A stretch of 64,000 nt of DNA from NCBI GenBank assembly GCA_028534125.1, contig CM052816.1:20896001-20960000 (forward strand). The letters are read 5' to 3'. Below the pieces are notes generated by a model. That model was not told the DNA's origin and searched no databases. It saw nothing but the letters and a program-made list of their open reading frames with translations. Numbering within the stretch: the stretch's first letter is position 1; each line of letters starts with the position of its first letter. This document shows positions 27,254 through 41,528 of this stretch, one piece after another. A program made the translations under genes and the position numbers. This stretch comes from Lama glama (lineage: Eukaryota).

Positions 27254-29081
27254 CTGTGAGAAAAGATATCACAGTCAAAGAGTGGAAACACTAATAGCAA
27301 TTAAATTAGGGAAAAAGTTCAACACTCTCAGGATTAAATTAGCATCACTTTCATTCCACAAAGTTTCCTTCTGAATTTGTTTTCTTCAGCACTAAAGCTT
27401 TCTGAACGTTGCCTCCTAGCATGTGAAGTCAGGTGAGGAAGCTGTATAGGTCACATAGTGGAGGAGCTGGGACCAGACTCCAGTTTGTCTTCTCATGAAG
27501 ACATGTCATTATGCTTATAAAAGTATTTTTTGTTATTAAACTTCCAATAAACATTTACATAAAATAACCTTTAGTTTTTAAAAATTACCATAGTTTGTGA
27601 TTCATACTTTCCAGGAGTCAATTTGGCAATATCAATTCAGATACTCTAATGAAAGAAACTTACCATAAAGGAAAAAAGATGACACTAAGCACACAAAGAT
27701 AAATGCAAATAAACTGACAGAATCTTACTTATCACAGCAGAAAACTGCAAAGAGCCTGGAGGGTCCATGACTGGGGAATGGGTAAATAAATTATGGTATA
27801 TCCATACAGTGGTAAGATTATTTTAGAGTCTAGAAAACAAGTATCTGTATGGTATGATGTCACTTTCTTGGGGGGAGGGTAGAGAAAAACATGTATATGC
27901 TCAGGAAGAGTACAAAAGGTTACACATTAAGGTATTAACGATGATTTCTGAATAATGGTAGTACAGTAACTTGCAATATCCTTATACTTCTATATCTGAG
28001 TTTTCTAATTTCTTTAGAATAAACTATTGTAATTTATGGGGGGAAATGCTGGTTAAGATATTCCAAAAAAATTAAGAATGAATTTCTGCTGAAGACTTAC
28101 AGGCTTCTCTTTCCAATGCAGGAGTAAGTGTAACAAGTCTTTTCTGTAAAAACAACATGAGGCCTCCAAAGTGAGGCCCTGCTTCAGTAAGCTGCCAAAC
28201 AGAAACTCAGTATCACAATAACTACATCAACCTAAAACTAGGCAGCCAGTTTAGTACAATAACTATTCTCAATAGTGAAAGCAAGTTTAAAAGCAGGAAG
28301 AATTCACTGGAATGTTAGAAGGTGAGAATTTCTAAATAGCTCTTTACTTACCATCTACTATCCCCTAAAACATCTTGAACTTTTTCAAAGTAAGATTATA
28401 AAATACTCAATTTAATTAAAAATCAATTGGCCAAGCACCATTTTCTTGGGTTTACAAATCTTGGGCCCTCCCGGGTCCAGAAATACAGTTACTCCTTCTA
28501 CATAATGCTCCAGGGTGAATCATAAACAGGTATAACATGCAACTCCTTAATTTTACAGCAACCTCAGACACTCAGGAAAATAAAACTCTTCAGGTTCTAC
28601 TGCTCTGGTTACTCAGAAACCAGCAAGTATGTCAGGTTCCTGGATTAAAAGTAAACTAATGGCAAATGTGCTTCTTCTGGTATGCTTTCCTTCCTTGAGA
28701 ATCTGGATCAACAACATCAAATCTAGAGACAACACTGACCCTAAATATGAGTAAGATGAAAATCCAACAAGACAGTCTTTAAGGAACATTTAAAATACTC
28801 AGGAACAAGAAAACCTTGATCATACAATACCTGGGCAAAATACACCCTAGTAGTTTGCATTAAACAAATTATACTGTTTGTGCTTTTTAAAAGCTACTTG
28901 CCTCTCCCTCAAGCACATGAGAAAAGACATCAGGTTTGTCTGTTTCAGTTGTACACCCAGGGGCTCCCAGTGCTGGGCACATAATGGACACTGAAATAGT
29001 TGCTGAACGGGAAGGATGGACAAACCAGAGAAATAAGTCATTTTAGTAAAAAAAAAAAAAAAAAAAAAAAAAAACCTCTAC

Positions 29082-29139
29082 CTGGCTTTTAGCTGCTGCT
29101 CCAATTGAACGATTCTTAGGACCAAAAGAAACGCAGGCC
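29082..29139 (-). CDS. HSPA4: HSPA4 exon 2 (58 nt)
   Basis: [19 protein letters not shown]; acceptor TTCTAG; donor CAG|GTAGAG. Confidence 0.97.
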
Positions 29140-30730
29140 CTAGAAGATAAAATCATTTAAGCATCAAACCGTATTGAAACATTACATCCAAAACCAAAGC
29201 AAGCAAGATTTCTGAGTCTTAGCTTAAAAAGCCCTATAATTTTAACAGCACACAGTAAGTCTGTGACTTTGACCTTTCTGAGTAAAACTATCCATGGAAT
29301 GGGCTGCTTCTCAGAGTAACAGGAGTTCTGTCATTTAGATGTCAAAGCACAAGTTTAATATGACCATGTGTCTAAAATACTACAGAAAGATGGAGTAACC
29401 AGTCTCCACTAACACCCAATTCTTTAAATCTGGTGTATATATAAATTCCAATATAAAATAATATACCCTCATATCAATACGTCAATTAAATGTCCTTTTG
29501 TTGTAGAACAGCTCATAACTTCACAAAGAGAATAGTCTATAAACCCTGAAAACAACTCTTTTCCTATTATAAATAAGTAAAAAGTAATTTTTCTAGAACT
29601 AGCTTCTAGAACTAGGACTCAATTCCTGACAAGGAACCTGTCATACTGACTTCTGAACACATTCTTCCAAATCAATTCATACACTTCCTGCTGGTTTGAT
29701 CTATATGTTGCTTATTTTAGAAAGCAAAATTGAAACCTGCTTAAAGGTATAACTACTTTAAAACACTGTTTAAGCTTAAGAAGTCAGCTATACTGGAGCT
29801 GATGCTTTTGCTATCATGGCCTCTGTGCTTCCCTCTATGCTTTTCTCTCTAATTTATCCCTCTGGAACCTTGCCCCACGTTTCCTTTACTTTCACATATT
29901 TGTCGCCTCTCTTTCCAGTAGCTGTTTTCTCTCAACCTAAAAGACCAAATTTACCCACACCACCCCAAAAATTCTAAAAAACAAAGCTCTTCTCAGAGTC
30001 CATTTCCCCCTTAGTTACTTACGAAAAGCCTTCTCTTCCTCCAACTCTAATAACAACCACTGCATAAATTTCTTATGTGTACTATCTCATTTAACCCTAA
30101 GCACTTTATTCTATCCTCACTTTAAAGGAGAGTCCAAAAACGTATTAACAAGTAAATTTATCCACAATCATACAATCTGCAAGCGTTGGGGCTCAGAACT
30201 CTAGATCATTTCTCCATACTTAACACGGTAGCTAGTTTTGACCCTCTCTATCCTCCCTGGACCCCTAATTCTTCCAATTTAGCAGAATGAATAAGCGTAA
30301 GGGCTCTGAAGCCATATTGCCTTGGTCCAAATCTGACCACGTTAGATGACCTACTACACTAAGTAGAACTGTTTCACTTAGATAAACTTACCACCCCTGT
30401 ACAAACTGGCCATATGCTGGGCTTCTCTGCAACTCAGCAACCCTTTCCAACCAATGGTGTAAGAATCCCTGTGAGCCAATCTCCCAGAGCAGTTATAGGC
30501 AACTATGAATATATATTAATCTGCACAACCTGAGATCTCATCGGATTTCCTACAAACCCTAAGCTCTATGGCCCTAGAACATGCTGGGGTTAGCCCTCAA
30601 GATGCATAGGTGTCAACCTCAGCATTTCTGTAAATATACCACCAATCACTCGAAAAAAAATTTCCTGAGTACCACTTAAATATCTCTCCTATCACAGCCC
30701 AAAATGTCCTTTAGGAGAATGCAATCTCCT

Positions 30731-30824
30731 TCTTACCCACTCCATTCACCCTCTCCATTTCTACTCTATGCGTGGAATCTTACCCACTCCATTCATCCTC
30801 TCCATTTCTAGTCTATGCATGGAA
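30731..30824. repeat. 47-bp tandem duplication (2 copies, 3 mismatches)
   Basis: TCTTACCCACTCCATTCA(C/T)CCTCTCCATTTCTA(C/G)TCTATGC(G/A)TGGAA at 30731-30777 and 30778-30824. Confidence 0.9.
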
Positions 30825-33800
30825 ATCTATTATCTTTCTAAAAGCCACCAGACCTGAATTTCTAAAAGGCATCTCACAAGTATCTCAATCCCAACATAAC
30901 CAAATGGTAGCGTTATTTATCTTCCATTGTTTCCTGAAGCCCTGTCTTCAAACCTTCATCTCCTCAAAATACTAGCTCCAAGAATAAGAAAATTAACGTT
31001 TCCAACTTTACTGTATATCCTTTTGAAGGGTTAATTTCCTATTCTAACTCAGTAACTCTGAATATGCCTTGCTTCTAATTACCTTCAAACAAAACCAATT
31101 ACCAACAACAACAACAAAAAAACCCAGGCCGGAAGGCCTCTCACAATCCCAACCCCACCCCCATTTCCCAGCTCCACATCATGCACACAGTGCCCCAATA
31201 CAAGACAGTCATCCAATCTTCCCGCTTTGCTCTACTACATTTGCCACCTGAAATGTTCTGATCCTTCTAAATCTCATTCATTCTCCAGAAATATCACACA
31301 CTTTGTGAAGCCTTCCCAAGCCTCCTCAAATAAAAATCGTTTCTGTTAAAACTTATTAGACTTGGCTTAAAACTTACTGGACTTTGGGGAATGCAAATGT
31401 AGAACATCTCCATCATCACAGAATGTTGTACTGTACAGAGTTGCTTTAGGTAATATTCTCCGTGAAGTCAATTAACATTTTTACTTTTAAAATCTATGTC
31501 TGCTCTCTTAACAGTAATAGTGTTTCATACATCTTGAAAAGCTAAATAAAGTTTATCTCAGTTCAAATTATTCACTTTTTTCATCTGTGCATGCATACAC
31601 TACAAACAGTTGCCAACTTCTAACAAAGCAATCAAATGTCACTAATGGAATGCCCATCTTGACCACATAATGTAACAACTATATATCAACAAGGCCTAAA
31701 TCTTGCAAGGTACAAGCAGGGTCCACATTCTTATTATACTGTAGAAAATGAATATGTTACATAATCCTTACATTCTAAAAAGTTCTATAACAATAAGTGA
31801 ACTATTGCACTAAAGAAACTCTTAGCTTTTCCACTTTACCATTAACTTGACTGAGTTGAACAAACATGCAGTACAAAGATCTCAGGCTCTAGAATCAGAC
31901 AGTATGAGTCTGTCTAAATCCCTTCTCTGACCTTCTCTGTTGCTTAACTTCTCTGAAATTCAATTTGCTTATCTTTAAAATCGGAAAAATTACAGCACCT
32001 ACCTCATATGGTTGGTTATTATAAGGATAAAATTTGTTGACCTACTTTTAAAGGACTTGTATTAGAGGCTGGCACATCATAAATAATAAAATATTGCTAT
32101 TATTAAACCTCCAATGAAGCCTTGGTCTGAGTTTCACACAAAAAATACCAACTAGCTTACAATGAAAGTTCTGCTTCACCTCAAATTTCCCACTAAAATC
32201 ATCAGCCATCTTAAAAATAATGAGGAATAAAAAGTCCTACCATTTTATTTTCAAAAGGATAATTGAGGGTCAATTTGTCAAACAGCACAAACTGAAAGGG
32301 TTTTTAAATATGAAGCTTATACAAAGAAACCTAACATTGAAATATGAAGAAAACCCAAAAAGATTAAATCAAATAGTAGAGCCAACGCTAGAACCTATTC
32401 AGTGCTTTCTAGTGCAAGTTCATCAAAGAAAATTAGAAAACAGCGAAGTATAAAGAAAAACATATTGGTTATCAGTAATTCCACAATCATTCCCCTCCCA
32501 CCATAGATGGCCACCATCACCATTTAGATAAATACTCCTAGGCAACCTTAATAAATATACTAATTCTTTAAAAAAAAAAAAAAAGACGCTAAATAACCCC
32601 CATTCAGTCTGTTTCTCCTCAACATACGCTCTCAAAAATCTTCAGTGACAATGATTCTGTCATGAGGATATTGACGGGAATAAGACATTTAAAGAAAACA
32701 TACTATTTCCAACTTGCCAGGAATTCCAAAATTTGCACACTGCCTGCATGCAATCCCTATCTACCCCAGGAAGCCTCTTTCTTCCAAGCAGATCTTACTC
32801 CCTTGTCCTACAGCTTTCATTTCTAAGCCTTCATATCCCAGGCAGTGTGCTAAGCTTTCTACATTTGATTCTCCCAAATACACTTAAGAACTATTACTGA
32901 CCCAATTTTATACATGAGGAATTGAAGTCAAGTTAACGTACCCAGAAATATAACTAGTTAACATTACAGTCCAAGATTCACAATAAGACTCAAACGTCAA
33001 ATCCCACACATACATACTTTTGTACTGCCGACCAAACCCATTCCTATTTCTATACCTCCATTCAGACTCTCAACCCTTTCTTTCATGTTACTAATCCTAT
33101 TTGCTCAAGTCCCATTCCTGCTTTTCCTCATCGCTCCATCTCTCAGTGATGTAATGTCTCCTCTGAACTTGTACTTAATAACCTTGTCCACAGCTGTACT
33201 CTCTTATTGTTATTCTATTTACCGTTGCTTTATGTCATTCATATTTTCAACTAGAAAGATTACATCTCCACAGCAGGACTCATACTTCCTCTATACTAGG
33301 CAAAGTCAATGCTGCTAAAAACAGCAGTACTCAAGACAGGTGCTGCTTGACTGATACTACTTTTCCTCCATTCCAAACTACAGGTTGACATTACATGAAG
33401 TTATGTCATGGATTTGACATTACAAAACTCCACTGTTCTAATCTTCGAGTCCTACAAATAATAATCTTTTTAAACCAGAGAACAGCATTGTTCTCTTTCC
33501 TGGGTAAGACATAATTACTGACCAAACATTTACACACATTCTGATAGGATGTTATGAACAGTTGCAATTGGCACAGATCCTTAAAAGGCAAAGTTTCATG
33601 TTTAAAAGTACGTGTAGAACTGTTCTCATGAGATTAAGACTATAATTCAATTTCTTAAACAGTATAAAAAACTGAGTTTTTCAGAGAACCTAACATAATA
33701 TTTAGACTATCAAATAAGAAATGTAGGCAAAACTGGCACGGAAATGGTTATTATGTTAATTAGTGTATCCTCTAGTCACTGCCTTATTAGCCCTGAACTA

Positions 33801-34869
33801 GAAAGTACCCGAAAATTGATATCAACAACTCATACTTGCAAGATGTGCAGCTCCTAAAGAAACACAAATTCCTGAGTCAGTAAGACTTGCACATTAAAAG
33901 CTACGTATTTGATGAACCCAAAAGGCAAACTTCTATAATTTCATTTTACCGATCCAATTTACAGTCCATTGATAGATTAAAAAAATACAAAAAAGGTAAG
34001 TAATAATAGCATTATTAGCAAATACGCAGGCAGTATTTAGGATGTGACAGGCATTGTTCTAAACACTTTATAGTTTTAACTCGTCATAATTCTCACAAAC
34101 CCCAGTGAAATAGAGAAATCACTTATGTTCCTGGTATAATTCCTTAAATTTCTGTAAAGTATCCTGGCAATATATACTGAAATTCTAAGCATATATTTTG
34201 AAAATCTATCCAACAAGCAAAGTTAACTCGTAAACATAAATATAAAAGACTACTTGTTGATGACTATTTCTAATCACAAAAAATTAGAAATAACCAGAGC
34301 ATTTAAGCAAAGCGTGTTACAGCCATAATATAGACTATTATATATTTAAAGGGGTAGATTCATATTTATTGACTCTAAAAGACATCTACCATATAAGTAA
34401 AACAAAAGTTATAAAATACATTTCAATCCTATTTGTTTATAAGGGCGTGTGTGCCCCCTACATATATTTGTAGAAGTATAGAAAAAGCTATGCAAAGATA
34501 CACAGCAAACAATTAAAGAGGAAATGTAATTTTACTTTAACACTTCAGTGTTTTTACTATTCAAACAAGTACTTTATTAAGTCAGAAAAAAAGTTTTAAT
34601 TTAGGAAACCCAATTTAGAATATAATGACAAAGTTCTTGTAGACTACTCCTATCAGTTTTGTATATGAGGTGTCATATGTTAGTTCTTATGTGAGCCTAA
34701 GAAACTACTTTAATAATCTCTGCAATTAGACACTAGGAGAAGTGTAAGTAGTCTGAAGCGTTAGTTAACAAATCAACTTTCCTTTTCTCTGAACCCAAAA
34801 AATTCGAGTCATCCTGCAGCTCTACTTAGATCTACACATGTAAAGACACCTACTCCATAGAGGAAAACT

Positions 34870-35245
34870 TCTTTTTTGAAGTATAGTTATTTTCAACGTT
34901 GTGTTAGTTTCTGGTGGTGCACAGCAGAGTAATTCAGTTATATGTATACATGTTTCCATTACAGGTTATTACAAGCTATTGAATATAGTTCCCTATACTA
35001 TACATTAGGTCCTTCTTGTTTATCTATTTCATACATAGTAGTTAGTATCCACAAATTCCAAACTCCTAATTTACTCCCCTGCTTCCACTTTGTTAACCAT
35101 AAGTTTGTTTCCTATGTCTGGGAGTCTGTAAGTAAGTTCCTTTGTGTCATTTTTTTTTTAGGTTCTACATACAGGTGATACCATATGACATCTGTCTTTC
35201 TGTCTGACTTACTTCACTTAGTATGATAATCTTTAGGTCCATCCA
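34870..35245 (-). mobile_element. L1 3' UTR fragment
   Basis: TCTGACTTACTTCACTTAGTATGATAATCTTTAGGTCCATCCA; flanking AGAGGAA duplication. Confidence 0.8.
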
Positions 35246-36158
35246 AGAGGAACATTTTTCTTGCACAAATAAGGCATCAGATGTTAATCTGCCAGTTAAC
35301 CAGAATCTACACATACTCTCAGCTTTTGCTCTCTCAAGGGCAGTTACTAATAGACAATTTCATCTCTTCAAATTCTAATATATTGTTTTATTAGGAACCA
35401 AATCCATTAAAATAATATAAACTACCCATACACAGATTTTAAGTAACTCATCTCTACCCTATAAATTATGCAAAGTACAGCTCAACTAACTCCTGTAATG
35501 TTTACCAGTTCGTTAACACTCTTATTCCAAAGAAGCTTTAAGGATGTATCCTTTCCACAATAATGATCCAACTAAATATAAAAACAGGCTTTCCATCTTA
35601 TTCCAAAGCCTCTGGTCAAAAAACATCACTACAGACACTCATAGTTTAAAACTCCAAAGTTTATTTCAAAGCCACCCACATTTTTCTCTCTCCTGCTACC
35701 ACACTAGTGGAGAGCAACATCAACTCCCACGTGAACTAAATATTGCAACAGCCTCCTAAGTATCCTGCTTCTCTTGCCCTTCTCAAGTAAATCCATTTCC
35801 CACAAAATAAAAAGCCAATCATATTTTTTAAATATTAACTAGATCACTTCCCACAGTACCTAGGTAAAAATCCTAAACATGACTTACAAAGCCCAGCCAT
35901 AGTCTAGTCCACCCTGCTTAACTCCTCTCCAGATTGAATTCGACGGCATTCTTTCAAGTGGCTTAAGAGTAGCTATAAACCTCAGTCCAACGACTGTACC
36001 AAACTCTTCTTGCCTCAGGTCTTCCTCACCTGCTATTGGTTCTGCAGGGAATTCCTCACTCTCACCACCACCTCAGTGGTAAATTCCTACTCATTCTCCG
36101 AGTCTCAATTTAAATGGCATTTTTTAAAGAGCACCTTCCATCACCACCCCAAATCCAC

Positions 36159-36290
36159 TTTTTTTTTTGGCGGGGGAGGTAATTAGGTTTAGTTATTTAT
36201 TTTTTTTTTTGGAGGTGGTACTGGGGACTGAATCCAGGACCTTGTGCATGCTCAGCATGTGCTCTACCACTTCAGCCATATCCTCCCTCG
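36159..36290 (-). mobile_element. tRNA-derived SINE (Vic-1-like)
   Basis: Reverse complement of the same SINE; TSD CCAAATCCA on both sides. Confidence 0.85.
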
Positions 36291-38737
36291 CCAAATCCAA
36301 TTTAAATTAGGTCCCCCATCACTATATTCTGTACTTTGCCACCTGAGCCATTACCACACCTAGTAATTATATATTTGTATAGCATCTGACTTTCTCCACC
36401 AGCCAAATCCATGATGGCAGGATCTTGTTTGTATATCAGAATACCTCCAGTGCTTGCTTAGCACAATGGCTGACATATTGGAAGCACTCATTATTTACTA
36501 AAAGGAAGCCTAAACTTTGTGGGAAAGCAAGGGTCTCATCTGGGTAACTCAACTGGCTCCTCAAAAACAGAATCCAAATCCTGTTGTACCCACAATTTGA
36601 AATGAGTTAACTTCCATCATACCCAACCCTCCAGAATCTCCATCTCATTCCATTCTCACACTAAAACAAACCTACATCACAGTCCCGGGGTACCTGAGAT
36701 ACAAATCCTTTCTTCAGTAACCACTACCAAAAAAATAAATAAATCGACCTTTCTACTCCCATGTTCTGCTTAAGACTCCAAAACAGAAATCTAAGCTAAT
36801 CAAGATCATAGTTGAAAAATTACTTGAATGTATATTATTCCTTTCAGTTCCTGAGAAATACAAGGAAAACATATAAAGAAAAGCATGTATAAATATTTAA
36901 ACAGATACTCCTATCACAATTACAGTGTATCTGGCCATCCACCCAAGTAGTCTTTGGTACAAATTTAACTGTGATCTGGGAAGATTAAATTCTTTTCTGA
37001 AACAATTATTTCAGTTCCTAAAACTGAGATTCATGGTAAAACCGTTGTAGTTGTTGTGTGTCTAAAGGAGGGAAAGAAAGCATAGAAGTCTAAAAGGACA
37101 GACAGGAACACTTTGTTTCAGTATTTAGAGTTCTCTTCCCTTTGGAGCTAAAGCATGTTCAATTCTAGGTAGGAAAAAACAAAGAAGTTACATACCTAAC
37201 TCAGTGTTCTAGCCTTTTTAATTCTTTGGAGAAGATTATCTTTACAGACGAAGGATCCATGGAAGACAATACCAAATAGGGAATTATTGTTTAAATACTT
37301 AAAAACAAACTTCAATGCTAAAAAAAAACTTAAGCGTACACTTCCGTGAAAATACTAACTAGATCCACTGTTAAAAAATGGAAGGAGCGGGAGGAGGTTA
37401 CTAGCTTGTAACTGCTAATGGGTACAGGGTTTCTTTTTGGACTGACGAAAATGTTTCAAAATTGGGTGGATGGTGCACAATTCTGTAACTACACTAAAAA
37501 CAATCAAACATTTTGAACTGTAACGTATGTGAATTTTATCTCAATAAAACTGTTAAAAATATTAAAAATTCAGAAAGAAACATCGAACTGTTTTTGGATC
37601 TGGGATGAGTTAGACATGGGTTAGGTCTAAAATAAGAGGCAGAAATTTGACAAGTTTAAGGGAAATGCTGGGAGGATTCTGGGTAGCAAAGATCAGTCTA
37701 GCAGACGAAGCAAGAGTTGGCCAGAACTCTATCACCGAAAAAGTATGACAGGTGTGAAAAATAGGCCTTAAAACAGACAGCGTTAATGAGCTACACTGAG
37801 AACCTAGCAAAAAATACGCCAGCTTTTTAGAAGACTTTGTCCAAAAGGAGGCCAACGAATTCAAAGGTATGTACTCAAAAAGTAGACTCACGCTAACCAA
37901 GGAAAGACCTAGGTGAGTCATGGTCTTTTTAGCGTTGTAACTATACAGGTCCATTAACATACTGCAGGTCCTAAAAAAAAGTGAGCCCCTGAGTCATTCA
38001 TTAACAACTGCGGCCCACACCCTCGTTGGAATGTATTATCATGAAAGTGGGAACACTATAGAGGTACATGCGCACAGAATGATACCAGAGAATGACCCAA
38101 CATAGTCCAATATACTGAGACGATGTGAAAAATCAAAGTGAATGCAAAGGTATCTGAAAGTCGATTTTATTCAGTCTGTTTCTGATAACCTTCCGTGCCA
38201 ACCCAATTTCAAGACCTTCGGTGATCCGGCTCCCTCTCTTCCGGGCGCCACCCCACCCCCACTCACGTGGGGCTCCGGCCGCCCCACCGTCTTACTGCCG
38301 GCAGAAACCAGAACCCGTCCAATTCAACTAACTTCTACTAAGCGCCTGCCGTGTGCAAAGCTCCGAACTCTGTGCTGGGCTGAAGAAGCGTCAGTATGCT
38401 CCGAGCCTAGTTATCTGCTCTCTAAAAGAGCATTTCTGTCCCACGCACAGGCCTGCCTTCCCTCCAGCTCCTACTCATGCCCTCCGCTGGTCCTAATACC
38501 CACTCACAGCCTTCGCTCAGAAGCCGGCCCACAAGAAAAAGGCCGCCCCCGACGCAGACCCACACGGGAAGTCGCGGCCCCTAGTGACCTAACACCCAGT
38601 GGGGGTCCCCTATCCACCAGGGCCTGGGCTCGGAACGGACAAGACTCCCCGCCCCGCGCTCCCCAAGCCGCGAGGGTCACAAACCGGAGCAAGCGCCACA
38701 TCCCCACCCCCCAACGCATGCGGCTGGCCCCCACTCA

Positions 38738-39130
<393 letters not shown>

Positions 39131-39829
39131 AACTGCGTAGAATGTTCTCGCGAGACTCCGGCTCAGCAGCGTTTGCTTCTGAGGCCCCGCCCCCTGTTAC
39201 GCACAAATGTACGTCACGTCCAACCTCGGGAACCTGGGAAGGGACAGGGCCGCTGAAAAATGGTTGGGAGGCGGGGCTGGCCAGTTGAGCCTGCGCACAG
39301 AACTTGCCGCAGCTCTCCCTGCGGCGGCAAAGAATAGTGGAGCCCGTCTCTTTTCACTAGGAAGTAGGAGAGCCAGCTTGAGGCAAAATACTGAGGACCC
39401 GCTGTTGGCCTACTTCCACCGTTTTTCTTTAGCTTAAAGAAACTTCTGACTGTGGCACCTTCTGCGTCCCACCTTGTGTAGGGCCCTCCAAAATGGGAAC
39501 GCTAACTAACGTTCAAAGTCCAGAGGGCCCTCTCTCTTCTACTCCTCTTAGGGTACATTAGTGGGTAGAGGAGAAAGCCGCCTGAGCAGGCTCTGTCAAG
39601 CACCCCCTTTTCTTCCAGCAGAGGGGAGAAAGCCACTCTGAATCCCACCGCCTTGTTTTTTTCATTCAGCGTTTCGCACTATTTTCTAAACCACTCCTGT
39701 CCTTAGATCTGATTGAGGGGCCCGAGGGCACTTAAGTCTTTTAATCCCCAACCCATTCTAAGCACCTGTCTCCAGCTGGCGCACAGAGATAGATGACACG
39801 TCCTACCTACTTTCAAAATAGCCAGTAAA

Positions 39830-40142
39830 TGGCAGGATTACAGGAAGCTAATGACCCTTAATCTTCAGGGCCCCTTCCTTGCTCCAACACCTCGAAGAGC
39901 AGTGTTGCTGAGTTACAACGTATTCCAGGTGTGGAGGAAAAGCCAGCTGGCGATCATGAAGCAACTCTATGTAATAAGCATTTCTGATAAATCACTTAAA
40001 GAAAACTCAGAAGAAAGGGAATCTGAATCTCCCCATTTCCAGTAGTTTGTTGTGATTTTCTTTGCTCTAAAGATTTACTTTGTAATTATTTTTTAAGGGT
40101 CCCCAACATGGTATAAGCTTCAACCACACAAAACCTGAAACC
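39830..40142. mobile_element. MER53-like hAT MITE upstream of the HSPA4 promoter
   Basis: GGCAGGATTACAGGAAGCTAATGACCCTTAATCTTCAGGGCCCC...GTATAAGCTTC resembles recalled MER53 ends. Confidence 0.55.
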
Positions 40143-40599
40143 AACCAATATCAAGGATTGCTAAACAAGTAAATGGGATCCCACTACAGGGTGACAAGTG
40201 TTGTATGTACAAAATGGGGAGACTAGGAGGACTTCCCAGAAAAGCGAAAGGCTACTTTCAAGTTGGAAAAAACAGTAATAGAGAGCTAGTCTACAGTGAA
40301 AAGAACCACAAAAAGGTCTGTATTGCTCAAACTCAGAGCTAGATCAATTAAACCATTTAATAAAGTGAATGAGCAAAGAGGAAAGTACATTTTACCAAAT
40401 CTCTACATTTCCTACTGTCTATGAAGGCACCTCAGTCTAAGAACAGCACCTAAAGCCCACACTGTGTGCCTTTAAGCTTGCTGATTACCACACATTTTGG
40501 CTAAATCAAACCTGTTTTTGTCTTCAAAAACAAATACTGAGTGCTCCCTGAGGCTGTAGTAGAGGCACAGAGGCAGCAAGGAGAAGCCTTGGAAAAAGA

Positions 40600-41370
40600 A
40601 AACAAGGACAAATGGATACTTGTACACCAATATTCACAGCATTATTCACAATAGCCAAAAGGTGGAAAGAACCCAAATGTCCATTGATGCATGAATGTGT
40701 TTTTAACATGTGGTATATACATACGATGGGATATTATGCAGCCTCAAAAAGGAACAAAATTCTAAAACAAACTTATGGTTACCAGGGGAAGGGGGTGGGA
40801 AGGGATAAATTGGGAGTTCAAGATTTGCAGATACTAATATATATAAAATAAAGTTCATACTGTATAGCACAGGGAACTGTATTCAATATCTTGTCATAAC
40901 TTGTGAAAAAGAATATGAAAACAAATATATGTATGTTCATGTATGATTGAAGCATTGTGTTGGACACCACAAATTGACACATTGTAAACTGACTATATAC
41001 TTCAATAAAATATATATATACAAAAAAAGGAATACGATTCTAACACATGCTACAACATGGTTGAACCTTAACACCATGTTAAGTCAAAGAAACTAGACAC
41101 AAAGTTTATATAATCCCATTTATGCAAGGCAACTAGAATAGGCAAATTCACAGACAGAAAGTAGAATAGTAGTCACCAGTGGCTTGATAGTGGGCGGATG
41201 GAGTAATTGGTACAGAGTATCAGCTGAGAATGATGAAAACGTTCTGTAGATAGTGCTGATGGTTGCACAATGTGAATGTACTTAATGCCACTGATTTGCA
41301 TACTTGAAAATAGTTAAAATGGTAAGTTTTGTTGTGCATATTTTACCACAGTTTTAAAAGTTTTTTTTTT
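40600..41370 (+). mobile_element. L1MB-like 3' fragment with a younger L1 3' end nested inside (about 40766-41023)
   Basis: TSD AAAAAGGAA(CAAA/TACG)ATTCTAA flanks the inner element; the outer L1 resumes at CATGCTACAACATGG. Confidence 0.8.
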
Positions 41371-41528
41371 AAGTCGACCTTTCCTCTATCTGCTACTTTC
41401 CTCCCACCTAGGAGGATATCAATAACATCACAATAACATCAAATACATTACTGGCTGTAATTATAACAGAGTCCTATCTCCATCTGTCTGCTCTGGGTTA
41501 TTAAGCACCTGATGAACAAAAGCCAGGG

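Noticed and set aside
29591..29615. TTCTAGAACTAG x2 in intron 1 as an intronic heat-shock element
   Set aside because: The two TTCnnGAA dimers have a 13-bp period, out of the 5-bp HSE register; more simply a short tandem duplication.
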